A stretch of DNA of 64,000 bases from Candidatus Microgenomates bacterium (GCA_016204255.1 JACQLA010000005.1:68339-132338), one strand, 5' to 3'. Positions 1 to 9,292 are shown, numbered from the stretch's first letter. Numbers and translations are program-made. The notes: generated from the sequence alone by a model not told the origin.

Positions 1-150
1 AGCTGTGAGATAAGACACTCCTGCGTCGGTCAATGCATGTCGCAGTTGGGTCTCTGCTTTAGTCTCGTGTCCAACGTTCGCTAGCATAACTCGGCGAACA
101 CGGGGAGATGAAGCAGAAGGGGCCCTTGACCGGATTGATTTACCGTTCAC
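1..150 (-). CDS. vsr: Very short patch repair endonuclease (Vsr family), N-terminal part; runs off the window start
   Basis: Manual translation from GTG at 150: MNGKSIRSRAPSASSPRVRRVMLANVGHETKAETQLRHALTDAGVSY, resembling the Vsr N-terminus (SS..R..M.AN...T.PE..LR.AL...G..Y); GTGA start/stop overlap with the upstream ORF. Confidence 0.75.
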   Translation of the reverse strand, partial: MNGKSIRSRAPSASSPRVRRVMLANVGHETKAETQLRHALTDAGVSYLTA

Positions 151-421
151 GGTGCTGCTGTCTCCTCGTTGATATCTTCGGGCAGAGCGGATTCCTCTGC
201 ATAATCGGCAGGCTCAGGGCTTCGATTTATAATTAAAGTTTCTCCTTCGATGTTTATCACAAGTTGTGATGGATTCATCACCAGTGTAAGTGCCGGCAGT
301 TCTTGTGTAGCTTCCGGCACTTCCTTAAGGAGTGCCTCGATTGGTTCACGAACATACTTTTCAAGAAAGCGACTCATAGTGGGACCAGCCATTGAGTCGA
401 GGTGCTGCCAAGCCTTGTCTC
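147..421 (-). pseudogene. Probable 3' fragment of a larger gene (possibly restriction-modification associated), cut off by the 101-bp element
   Basis: ORF 147..434 has its only start (TTG) inside the inverted-repeat element and no RBS; appears more GC-rich than flanks; coupled to vsr. Confidence 0.5.
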
Positions 422-522
422 TGTAAGTTTTCAAAAAAAAGTTAAACTTTTTAGCCTCAACAAAAATGTAAAATTTGTAAAATTGAGGCTAATTTTGTTT
501 ACCAAAATTTTGAAAACTTACA
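422..522. mobile_element. 101-bp nested palindromic element, copy 1 (MITE-like or recombination site)
   Basis: Perfect 15-bp terminal inverted repeat TGTAAGTTTTCAAAA (422-436)/TTTTGAAAACTTACA (508-522); inner TTAGCCTCAA/TTGAGGCTAA; homologous copy at 20819-20919. Confidence 0.65.
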
Positions 523-927
523 CTACGATAATCTGGGAATTCCGCGTTTGGGGATATTTTTGAAAAGGTGTCGTCTTATTTCTCGTCCATGTTCCTGAAT
601 CACCTTAATATGATCTAAAGAGGAGGCAATTGTTTCGGTGGCGGTTTGAATAATTTGCTCTTTAATTGGTTCCTCTTCTTTTTTGACTTCTTCCCCAATT
701 ACATTCTCAATTTTCTCAGCCTTCTCAACTAATTCCTCGCCCTTTTCTTCCAATTCCTCCAGCCACTGGGGTAGTTTTTCCAAAAAATCATCTCCCTCTT
801 CCTTTAGTCTCTTTTTAATCTCCTTGCCTTTTTCAGTTTCCAGAAAAATTAAGATTCCGGTGGCCAGTACCGCCCCCCAAATCAAACCTTTTATAAATCC
901 TCTGATTTCAGTAAATTCTTCTCGCAT
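523..927 (-). CDS. YtxH-like protein (N-terminal membrane anchor plus coiled coil)
   Basis: GFIKGLIWGAVLATG..FL..EKGKEIKKRL pattern; ATG at 927 preferred over TTG at 963, which lies in a tandem repeat. Confidence 0.6.
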   Translation of the reverse strand: MREEFTEIRGFIKGLIWGAVLATGILIFLETEKGKEIKKRLKEEGDDFLEKLPQWLEELEEKGEELVEKAEKIENVIGEEVKKEEEPIKEQIIQTATETIASSLDHIKVIQEHGREIRRHLFKNIPKRGIPRLS

Positions 928-937
928 TATTTTATTT

Positions 938-1027
938 ACTTGTTTATTTTCGCCAGGAAACAAACTTGCTTATTTTCGTAAGGAAAAAGCTCGTCTATTT
1001 TTGCAAGAAAACAAGCTTGCTTATTTT
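938..1027. repeat. About 3.5 degenerate tandem units of 25-26 bp
   Basis: cgccaggaaacaaacttgcttatttt / cgtaaggaaaaagctcgtctatttt / tgcaagaaaacaagcttgcttatttt plus partial acttgtttatttt. Confidence 0.75.
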
Positions 1028-1284
1028 TTTTCTTTTTTAAGTCGGGCCACGAAAATTTTGAAAATCTTTAGTCCAGTCTTAAGGCCTAAAAAAGTCCCGA
1101 TCCCGGAACCGGTGGGTAAAGTCATTTCTTCAGAAATTTTTCCCATATCGGTAAGAATTTTATTCACATTTTCAACCGTTTTTTTAAATTCTTTAAGAAT
1201 TTTGATAACCTCAAGGGCCACCAAAACTAAAATTACGGTTAAAACGCCAATAATAATAACAAAAACAATTTGTGGTATTTCCAT
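1021..1284 (-). CDS. Small membrane protein (DUF948/YoxC-like)
   Basis: N-terminal TM helix followed by amphipathic coiled coil; adjacent to the YtxH-like gene. Confidence 0.55.
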   Translation of the reverse strand: MEIPQIVFVIIIGVLTVILVLVALEVIKILKEFKKTVENVNKILTDMGKISEEMTLPTGSGIGTFLGLKTGLKIFKIFVARLKKEKK

Positions 1285-1368
1285 TGCTTTTCTGAGGAGA
1301 AAAAAGATAACTAATTTATTTTAGAATATGGTCAAAATTTGTCAACTACTAATTCCAATTTAAACTCA

Positions 1369-2007
1369 TCAAGGGATAAATTCTATATTTATTTTTACCT
1401 TCTTTTCCTTGCCTAATTTATTTTTAGCGACAAATTCCAAATCATTTGGGCCAGGAACTAAATTAAAGGCTTGTGTAAAAGAACCATCTGGCTCCAACAT
1501 AATCTTTTGGCCGTTTAAAAAAAGTCTGGCGTCAGGATCAGTTTTACCTTTTAGGTCGATCGTATCTTGTCTAACCTGATTACTTTCTTTTAAATTCTGT
1601 ATCGTTAACGGTGGTGGTTGAGTAAAGGAACGATATTCTCGATAAAGATAGCCAAAGAAAAGTGACAAGAGAAAGAAAAAGGAAAAAATAATCAGTTGTG
1701 AGGCCCTAAATCTAAAAAACCCTGGCCGTTGAGCGGGAACCAGACCTTTAGGCAGAATTCCAAGATTTTTCTTTTCATCAAATTGGCGTCTGAAAATGGC
1801 TAAAACTTTCGAGGACGAGAGTCCTAAAAATTCACTATAGTTTTTAATAAAGCCTTTTATGTAAACAGAGGAGGGAAACTTTTGATATTCATCTTCTTCA
1901 ATTGCCCGCAGAAATTGGGCGCGGATTTTAATTTCTTTTTCGACTTCTTCCAGGGTCAGCTTTTTTTCAATACGGGCTTTTCGTAAAATTTCCCCAACAC
2001 TTTTCAT
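1369..2007 (-). CDS. RodZ-like HTH membrane protein with C-terminal Ig-like domain
   Basis: MKSVGEILRKARIEKKLTLEEVEKEIKIRAQFLRAIEEDEY...YIKGFIKNYSEFLGL (HTH_25-like), single TM, position after ftsK. Confidence 0.8.
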   Translation of the reverse strand: MKSVGEILRKARIEKKLTLEEVEKEIKIRAQFLRAIEEDEYQKFPSSVYIKGFIKNYSEFLGLSSSKVLAIFRRQFDEKKNLGILPKGLVPAQRPGFFRFRASQLIIFSFFFLLSLFFGYLYREYRSFTQPPPLTIQNLKESNQVRQDTIDLKGKTDPDARLFLNGQKIMLEPDGSFTQAFNLVPGPNDLEFVAKNKLGKEKKVKINIEFIP

Positions 2008-4112
2008 TCTGTTTGCTCATCTTGCTTCTGTAAAAGGAACTCCTCTGCATTATGAATTAAAACATCGCGGGGTTTAGATCCTTCTCCAGGACCAATGATT
2101 CCCGCGTTTTCAAGCTGATCAATAATTCTGGCGGCCCGGGCATAACCAACTGAGAGACGCCGTTGTAAAAGAGAGGCGGAAGCTCGATCATACTGGCAAA
2201 CTGCCCGCACAGCCTCTTCAAATAAGTCGTCTTTGCCTTCGTCTGACCCGCGCCCCCCGCCCTTCCCGCGCCAAGCCAAAGGCATAGACGTGACCTCTTC
2301 TGTATACTCCATAGGCAGACCTTTAGCCTTCAAAAATTCAACCATGCGCTGAATTTCTCCTTCGGAAACATAAGTTCCCTGTATTCTTGCCGGTTTGGCC
2401 TGATCCGGTGGAATATAAAGCATGTCTCCCCGTCCTAAAAGTTTCTCTGCTCCCGGCATGTCTAGAATAACCCGTGAATCAATCATTGAAGAAACATTAA
2501 AGGCAATTCGGGCCGGGATATTGGCCTTAATCAAACCGGTAATAACGTCTACTGACGGTCTTTGAGTAGCTATGATTAGATGAATGCCTGTAGCGCGAGC
2601 CATTTGAGCAATTCGGCAAATTGCATCTTCCACTTCAACTGGGGCAAAAGCCATCAAATCCGCCAGTTCGTCGATAAGAATCACGATATACGGCAAAGCC
2701 TGAAACCCGGAAAGTTCGTTATAACCATCAATATTGCGAACATTAACGGAGGCAAAAAGCTTATATCGTCGATCCATTTCGGCCATTGCCCATTTAAGAG
2801 CTGACAGAATTTTTTCTGCTTCAACAATCACCGGGGTTAGAAGATGAGGAATATTATTATACATCGTTAATTCCACACGCTTGGGGTCAACCAAAATAAG
2901 CTTCACCTCCGAAGGGGTCGCCCTAAAAAGCAAGGAGGCAATAAAAGAGTTCAATAAGACCGACTTACCCGAGCCAGTTGTTCCGGCAACCAGCAAGTGG
3001 GGCATCTTGGCAATATCGGCGGTAACCGGGTTCCCCGCCACGTCAAGCCCCAGGGCAGTTACCAGTTTTGACTTGGAATTTTGCATGATTTCTGAGGAAA
3101 GCATAGTTTTCAAAGTCACAAACTCCAAAGAACGATTGGGTATTTCAATACCTACTAGGCTTCTACCTGGAATAGGCGCATCAATTCTGATTTGCCCGGT
3201 GGGTGCGGCCAGTGCCAATGCCAGATCATTGGAAAGACTGGTAATTTTAGAAAGTTTTGTGCCCAAAGCAATCTCCAGAGCATACTGGGTTACTGCTGGT
3301 CCAAGATTTACTTCCACCACTCTTGCCTCGATACCAAAACTTCCTAAGGTTCTCTCAATAATGGCTGCGTTTTGCCTTAAATCACCTCTTTCAGCCTTTT
3401 TGCCCGGCCCGGCGGACAAAAGGGAAAGCGGCGGATATTCCCAAATTTCTTTATTTTGAGTGTTGGCGATAACCGTGGTTCCTAACTCGGATCCAGCCGT
3501 AGCCGACGGCGGAGGAGACTTTACGGCCTGCTTTACATCTGCCGTTTTACCTTTTAAATCAGATTTTTCTGTCGGAAAAACTAGTTTTGATTTTTTCGGA
3601 AAAGGGGAAGAAAAAAATGTTTTTTTAAAAACAGCCTGAAATTCTTTAATAATTTGCGTTAAGATCGAAAAAACCTGATCGATCGAAGTGTTTAAAAAGA
3701 CTACAATCCCGATAAGCGTTGCACCCAAAAGGATAATAAAGGCGCCAAATGAGGTTAGAAGGGTCGCCATGTTAAACCACACCTCCTGACCTAAAACCCC
3801 GGCCCGGGTCAAGGTAATTAAAGAAAGCCACAAAAGGGTTGAGCCAATAATTACATTGGGTTGACCAAAGGGGAGCTTAAGTCGAGTAAAGAAAAAGCCG
3901 AAAAAGGAAAGAATAAAGGGGAGAAAAATTATTCCCCAGCCAAAATTCTTAACTCCCATTAAATAAAGTGTGGCCAAGGGCGGTTCTTTTTTTAAAACTG
4001 CCAGACCCATAAGTCCTGCCAGACCAAAAAGGAGAATTGAAAAGATCGTATAAACGGTTTCTTTTTTAAGTTTCAATTTAAAAGCTGAGTGTCGCCGGTA
4101 TTTTCTTTTCAT
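2004..4112 (-). CDS. ftsK: DNA translocase FtsK/SpoIIIE
   Basis: N-terminal TMs, PHLLVAGTTGSGKS Walker A, IDELADLM, ATQRPSVDVITG, gamma domain SASLLQRRLSVGYARAARIID. Confidence 0.97.
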   Translation of the reverse strand: MKRKYRRHSAFKLKLKKETVYTIFSILLFGLAGLMGLAVLKKEPPLATLYLMGVKNFGWGIIFLPFILSFFGFFFTRLKLPFGQPNVIIGSTLLWLSLITLTRAGVLGQEVWFNMATLLTSFGAFIILLGATLIGIVVFLNTSIDQVFSILTQIIKEFQAVFKKTFFSSPFPKKSKLVFPTEKSDLKGKTADVKQAVKSPPPSATAGSELGTTVIANTQNKEIWEYPPLSLLSAGPGKKAERGDLRQNAAIIERTLGSFGIEARVVEVNLGPAVTQYALEIALGTKLSKITSLSNDLALALAAPTGQIRIDAPIPGRSLVGIEIPNRSLEFVTLKTMLSSEIMQNSKSKLVTALGLDVAGNPVTADIAKMPHLLVAGTTGSGKSVLLNSFIASLLFRATPSEVKLILVDPKRVELTMYNNIPHLLTPVIVEAEKILSALKWAMAEMDRRYKLFASVNVRNIDGYNELSGFQALPYIVILIDELADLMAFAPVEVEDAICRIAQMARATGIHLIIATQRPSVDVITGLIKANIPARIAFNVSSMIDSRVILDMPGAEKLLGRGDMLYIPPDQAKPARIQGTYVSEGEIQRMVEFLKAKGLPMEYTEEVTSMPLAWRGKGGGRGSDEGKDDLFEEAVRAVCQYDRASASLLQRRLSVGYARAARIIDQLENAGIIGPGEGSKPRDVLIHNAEEFLLQKQDEQTE

Positions 4113-4116
4113 TTAA

Positions 4117-5778
4117 TTAAACTTCCACCACAACTGGTAAAATTAGTGGTTTTCTTTTTGTTTTTTGGTAAAAAAATTTCTCCAGGCTTCCTTCAAGATT
4201 TCTCCTTAAAAATTGCCAGTCTAAAACTCGGCCATGATAGGGCGCCAAACATTCTTTAACTACGCTTTTTGTCTCCTCAATTAGTTTGCCCGACTGTTTC
4301 ATATAAACGAATCCTCGGGATACCACGTCGGGCTCAGCTACCACCTGACCGGTTGCCTGATCAACCGGGACAATTAAAACAACGATGCCGTCAGCCGACA
4401 TCATTTTCCTATCTCTTAAAACGATCTCGCCGATATCGCCAATACCCAAACCATCGACTAAAACATTTTGAACCTCAACCTTACCATCAATATGTGCCTG
4501 ACCCGTAGCTGAGAATTCTATTATATCACCGTCTTCCGCCAAGATAATTTTATCCTCAGGGTATCCCATCCCCTGGGCTAACCGGCTGTACTGTTTTATA
4601 TGCCGAAACGTCCCGCCAATGGGTATTATATATTTCGGTTGAGTCAAGCCAATCATCAGCATCAAATCACCGGCGGCTCCATGACCGGAAACATGCACAT
4701 CCTCTAGAATATCCGAGTAGGAAACATTTGCCCCACGTTTAGTTAACGTGTCAATTAAACTGTTAACGGCATTTTCATTGCCGGGGATCGGATCGGAGGA
4801 AAAAACTACAACATCTCGCGGCTTAATTTTAACAAACCGGTGGTCGCCGTGAGCGATGCGCGAAAGAGCTGAGCTTGCCTGACCTTGACTACCAGCTACC
4901 AGTAAAGTTATCTCCTTTTCGGGATAACGGGGAAGAGCTTCGGGTGATACAATATCGTGTTCTTCAATTTTTAAAAATCCAAGCTTTTGCGCCACCTCAA
5001 CGCTTTGTTCAAGACTGCGGCCGATAAAGCTTATTTTGCGATTGTGCCTTAAGGAAACATTAATCGCTTGTTGTAAACGGGAGATGTTAGATGATTGAGT
5101 AGTCACAATAAATTTACCTTCGCATTTTCTTAATTCTTTCTCAAATGTCTCTTCAATCATCTGTTCAGAAGGGGTGTATCCGGGCTTTTCTGATCTTAAG
5201 CAATCAGACAGCAAACATAAAACCCCTTTTTTTCCGGCCTCAGCAATTCGACCAACCTCAGGAAGTTGTCCATCAACTGGTGTCCAGTCAAACTTAAAAT
5301 CGGCGGCATGAAAAATCGTACCCACTGGAGTGTGGATAATTAAAGCTGAGGCATCAGGAACAGAATGAGTAATATGAGCAAAGTCAATTTTAAAAACACC
5401 CAGCTCCAGTGTTTCTTGCGGTTTTACAACCTGAATATTCTTTTCCAAACCCCACTCTTTTAACTTAACCTCGGCCAAACCTGCAGTTAAGCGCGTAGCA
5501 AAAACCGGTACGTTAAGCTTAGGTAAAATATAAGGTAGGGCGCCAATATGATCCTCGTGTCCATGGGTCAAAACAATTCCTTTTACTTTGTGCTTTCTTT
5601 CCAAAAGAGAGGAAACATCAGGAATTATTAAATCAACTCCCGGCATTCCCTCATCCGGAAAACCCACACCACAATCAACCACAAGAATATCATCACCATA
5701 TTCATAGATATACATGTTTTTGGTGACATCGCCTACGCCTCCTAAGGGTATGATTTTTAGTGCTTCGTTTTCTGACAT
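4117..5778 (-). CDS. rnj: Ribonuclease J
   Basis: IIPLGGVGDVTKNM, THGHEDHIG, HVSGH motifs; ATG at 5778 preceded by GAGGT RBS. Confidence 0.96.
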   Translation of the reverse strand: MSENEALKIIPLGGVGDVTKNMYIYEYGDDILVVDCGVGFPDEGMPGVDLIIPDVSSLLERKHKVKGIVLTHGHEDHIGALPYILPKLNVPVFATRLTAGLAEVKLKEWGLEKNIQVVKPQETLELGVFKIDFAHITHSVPDASALIIHTPVGTIFHAADFKFDWTPVDGQLPEVGRIAEAGKKGVLCLLSDCLRSEKPGYTPSEQMIEETFEKELRKCEGKFIVTTQSSNISRLQQAINVSLRHNRKISFIGRSLEQSVEVAQKLGFLKIEEHDIVSPEALPRYPEKEITLLVAGSQGQASSALSRIAHGDHRFVKIKPRDVVVFSSDPIPGNENAVNSLIDTLTKRGANVSYSDILEDVHVSGHGAAGDLMLMIGLTQPKYIIPIGGTFRHIKQYSRLAQGMGYPEDKIILAEDGDIIEFSATGQAHIDGKVEVQNVLVDGLGIGDIGEIVLRDRKMMSADGIVVLIVPVDQATGQVVAEPDVVSRGFVYMKQSGKLIEETKSVVKECLAPYHGRVLDWQFLRRNLEGSLEKFFYQKTKRKPLILPVVVEV

Positions 5779-5789
5779 TTTATTTACCT

Positions 5790-6842
5790 CTACCAACTTG
5801 GTAAGAATTCATTAATATTTTGGGCAGTTAGTTGAAACTTCTCCCCTCTCCCCTCCACTTTCATCTTGGCGACTTTACGGCAAATCCCCTCAATTGTTCG
5901 CTCCAGTGTCCTGATTCCGGCATCAAATCCTAAGGGACGCACGATTTTTGGCCAAAGATCGGAAGTAATCGCTAAATCCTGGGGGGACAAACCGGAGTCT
6001 TTAAGTGATCGCGGGAAGACATACTCGCTTCCTATTTTAATTTTTTCTTCATCAGTGTAAGAAGGCATTTGCATCGGCTCCAACCGGTCTAAAACCGCCG
6101 GCGAAATGTTGGTTGTGTTGTTGCAAGTAGCAATAAATAACACTTGAGACAAGTCAAAGGGATAATCTATATAATGATCGATAAAAGAGACGTTTTGTTC
6201 AGGATCCAAAAGTTCGAGTAAAACTCCCATAATGTCACTACGTGCACTTTCTGCCACCCGATCAATTTCATCAAGTAAAATAACTGGATTTTTGGTTCCG
6301 CAGCGTTTTAAAACCTTAACCACCTGACCGGGTTCTGCGTCAGGATAGGCCCGCGATTGACCACGCAGCTGCAAAGCATCTCCCAAGCCCCCGAAGGGGA
6401 TCCGGCCAAAGTTTCTTCCCATCGCTTCAGCAACCGAATATCCCAGTGTTGTTTTACCTGTTCCTACCAACCCAACCAGACAAAGAATCGGTGCGTGTGT
6501 AATATGACTCTGGTCTTCGGTTTTTTTGAGACTGAGAACAGCCAAGTACTCTAAAATTCTTTCTTTAATTTCTCCCAATCCAAAATGATTTTTATCAAGG
6601 GTTGCTCGGGTAGTTTTTAGATCAAGAGTGTCTTCGCTCCTTCTATCCCAAGGCAAACCGCAAATCCAGTCAATATAGCGAGCGATTTGATCATACTCGG
6701 CTGAGTAACCACCCATTTTTGCCATTCTTCCTAAGCGCACAAGCATGGCTAAAATTTTTTCTTTCAACTCGGGCGGTAAAGAAGTATTTGAGACTTTCTC
6801 TTCGAGTTGCTCAATCTCAACAAACAAGTCCTGGGCAGTCAT
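5790..6842 (-). CDS. Lon-family AAA+ ATPase module only (no N domain, no protease domain)
   Basis: LDKNHFGLGEIKERILEYLAV, GLVGTGKT, NPVILLDEID, LLELLDPEQN, DLSQVLFIAT; ends at FLPSW before the Ser-Lys protease domain. Confidence 0.85.
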   Translation of the reverse strand: MTAQDLFVEIEQLEEKVSNTSLPPELKEKILAMLVRLGRMAKMGGYSAEYDQIARYIDWICGLPWDRRSEDTLDLKTTRATLDKNHFGLGEIKERILEYLAVLSLKKTEDQSHITHAPILCLVGLVGTGKTTLGYSVAEAMGRNFGRIPFGGLGDALQLRGQSRAYPDAEPGQVVKVLKRCGTKNPVILLDEIDRVAESARSDIMGVLLELLDPEQNVSFIDHYIDYPFDLSQVLFIATCNNTTNISPAVLDRLEPMQMPSYTDEEKIKIGSEYVFPRSLKDSGLSPQDLAITSDLWPKIVRPLGFDAGIRTLERTIEGICRKVAKMKVEGRGEKFQLTAQNINEFLPSW

Positions 6843-6866
6843 AAAATAAATAAAGGATTATATTAA

Positions 6867-6985
6867 ACGCTTGTTTTGCAAGCTACTAATTGCTTTAGAA
6901 AATTAGACGGCTCGCTACGCTCACTACTAATTTACTTCAATTAGACGCTCTGCAATGCAGAGCTACTAATTTACTTTGTAAATTA
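6867..6985. repeat. Three roughly 40-bp hairpin-rich tandem units
   Basis: CTACTAATT...AATTA(G) at 6883, 6924, 6963, each preceded by ACG and a variable 13-15 nt segment. Confidence 0.7.
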
Positions 6986-7019
6986 TAACAAACAATGAGG
7001 GAAAGGCGCAATTTGGTGA

Positions 7020-9227
7020 TTAAAATCTTGATCTTTTACGAAAGCGGTCTTGAAAACCACCGCCTGGACGACGATGGTGTCCGGGGGCACTAGAAAATTT
7101 TCTCTCTGGACGACTGTCTCTGACAACTTTTTTAGCATCTTCGCCAAAAAGCATCGAAAGGTTGATTCTCCCTTGATCGTCAATTTCTATCACTCTGACT
7201 TTTACCTTTTGTCCAATCTGAACCACCTCTGATGGTTCAGAAACAAAACTGGTTGACATTTGAGAAACCCTGACTAAACCTTCTTTTCCGGGCAAAATTT
7301 CAACAAAAGCTCCGAATGGTAAAATTCTTTTAACTTCTCCTTCAAATGTCTCTTCCGGTTTTACTTCCCGAGTCAAACCCTGAACCCACTGGACAGCCTT
7401 CTCAATATTTTCGGCTTTCATACCGGAAATTGTTACTTTCCCATCGTCTTCTACATCGACAACCGCTTGTGTCTCGGCAATGATTTTGCGAATAATTTTA
7501 CCACCCGGGCCGATTACTTCACCAATCATTTCAGTAGGAATATGTAAAACAGCGATTTTAGGAGCATAAGAAGAAACTTCGGATCGATAGGTAGGAATTA
7601 TATTAAGCATTTTTTCCAGGATAAAAAGCCGGGCCTGGCGGGCTTTTTCCAAAGCTTCGACCAAGATAACATTTTTTACTCCCGAAATTTTAATATCCAT
7701 TTGTAAAGCCGTGATCCCATTTTTTGTTCCGGCCACCTTAAAGTCCATATCCCCATTGGCATCTTCGGTGTAAGCGATATCGGTTAAAACTACATGTTTT
7801 TCACCATCGGTCATAAGCCCCATGGCGATTCCGGCAACCGGTTCTTTAATCGGAACTCCCGCGTCCATAAGAGACAACGTCGAGCCACAGACAGAAGCCA
7901 TAGAGGTCGATCCGGATGAGGAAAGAACTTCAGAAACCACGCGGATGGCGTAGGGAAACTTTTCCTCGGTGGGGATAACCGGAACCAAAGCTCTTTCAGC
8001 TAAATTACCATGGCCGATTTCCCGGCGCCCAGGAGCTCCCAACCGCCTTACTTCCCCAGTTGAGAAAGGAGGGAAATTATAATGATGCATGTATCTTTTT
8101 CGCTCTTCTCCCTCCATGCCCTCAATTAACTGTTCCAAAGTGGGAGAACCAAGGGTTACAGCGCTTAAAACTTGCGTTTGGCCGCGTCTGAAGATGGCTG
8201 AACCGTGGGCTCGGGGTAAAACGCCGACTTCTATCTCCAGCTCGCGGATTTCATCAGGTTTTCTTCCATCGAGTCGATGACCCTTCTTTAATATTTCCTG
8301 ACGGACATAAGATTTAAACTCTTCGAAAAATATTTTGGCTAAAACTTTTTTCTCAATTTCTTTTTCGGCGAATTTTTCCTCAAGTTCCTTAAGGGAATGG
8401 TCTCCCCAAGTCTCATCCAAAGCTACCTCCGGATCCTGGAGCTGAGGCAAATAATCATTCTGGATGGTTTTTCTCAATTCGCTAATGACTTCTTCTTCGT
8501 CTTCCTTCTGAACCATGGTGGCTTTTTCTACCCCGACCTCTTTACGTAAATCTTCAATTAAGTCAATAACTGGTTTTATTTCGTCCTTGGCCTTTTTCAG
8601 GGCTTTGGTCATTGAGTCCTCATTCACTTCGCTTGCCTTTGCCTCAACCATAACGATGGCTTCGCTGGTTCCCGAAACGACCAAATCCATTTCCGAAAGC
8701 TCAAGTTCTCCATTTACCGGATTAATAAAAAAGCTATTTTCTTTAAGTCCTAAACGGACGGCACCGATCGGACCATTCCAAGGAATATCAGAAATGGCTA
8801 AAGCCGCCGAAGTAGCAATAATTGCCAACACTCCCGGATCGTTTTCGGAATCAACGGATAAAACGGTAATAACTACTTGGACCTCATTGAAAAAATCTTT
8901 AGGAAAAAGAGGGCGGATTGAACGATCAACTAAGCGACCGTTAAGAATTGCCTCCTCCGAAGGCATCCGTTCACGCTTTATAAAACGGGAGCTGGAGATT
9001 CTTCCGCCGGCGTAAAGTCGCTCCACGTAATCAACACTTAAAGGAAAGTAGTCAAGATCTGCGCGAGGGCTAGATTGACAAACCGTTACCAAAACCATTG
9101 TGTCGCCATAACGCGCCAAAACCGCGCTATCAGCATGTCCGGCAAGATGTCCCGTTTTTAAAGTTAACTCTCTTCCTCCAATTTTAATCGACTTGGAAAA
9201 TTCTTTAAGTTTTTTAAAAGATTTCAT
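7020..9227 (-). CDS. pnp: Polyribonucleotide nucleotidyltransferase (PNPase)
   Basis: DYFPLSVDY, RLVDRSIRPLFP, RREIGHG, GDMDFKVAGT, KH and S1 domains. Confidence 0.98.
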   Translation of the reverse strand: MKSFKKLKEFSKSIKIGGRELTLKTGHLAGHADSAVLARYGDTMVLVTVCQSSPRADLDYFPLSVDYVERLYAGGRISSSRFIKRERMPSEEAILNGRLVDRSIRPLFPKDFFNEVQVVITVLSVDSENDPGVLAIIATSAALAISDIPWNGPIGAVRLGLKENSFFINPVNGELELSEMDLVVSGTSEAIVMVEAKASEVNEDSMTKALKKAKDEIKPVIDLIEDLRKEVGVEKATMVQKEDEEEVISELRKTIQNDYLPQLQDPEVALDETWGDHSLKELEEKFAEKEIEKKVLAKIFFEEFKSYVRQEILKKGHRLDGRKPDEIRELEIEVGVLPRAHGSAIFRRGQTQVLSAVTLGSPTLEQLIEGMEGEERKRYMHHYNFPPFSTGEVRRLGAPGRREIGHGNLAERALVPVIPTEEKFPYAIRVVSEVLSSSGSTSMASVCGSTLSLMDAGVPIKEPVAGIAMGLMTDGEKHVVLTDIAYTEDANGDMDFKVAGTKNGITALQMDIKISGVKNVILVEALEKARQARLFILEKMLNIIPTYRSEVSSYAPKIAVLHIPTEMIGEVIGPGGKIIRKIIAETQAVVDVEDDGKVTISGMKAENIEKAVQWVQGLTREVKPEETFEGEVKRILPFGAFVEILPGKEGLVRVSQMSTSFVSEPSEVVQIGQKVKVRVIEIDDQGRINLSMLFGEDAKKVVRDSRPERKFSSAPGHHRRPGGGFQDRFRKRSRF

Positions 9228-9292
9228 AAGTTTTTATTTTTGGAACTTGCGCAGAGGAAAAATGCACTGGAGATTTTTGCAAATTTTACCTT

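Noticed and set aside
422..522. Classical integron attC site
   Set aside because: Lacks the RYYYAAC...GTTRRRY ends and no IntI is present; kept only as an analogy
683..1324. 213-aa plus-strand ORF and the many other antisense or alternate-frame ORFs (e.g. 2881-3459, 8515-9015, 53022-53627, 61404-61907)
   Set aside because: They lie opposite or within well-supported genes and have Ser/Phe-rich shadow composition with no motifs
6867..6985. Possible CRISPR array (also considered for 938-1027)
   Set aside because: Repeats are degenerate, intervening segments are at most about 15 nt or absent, and no cas genes are present
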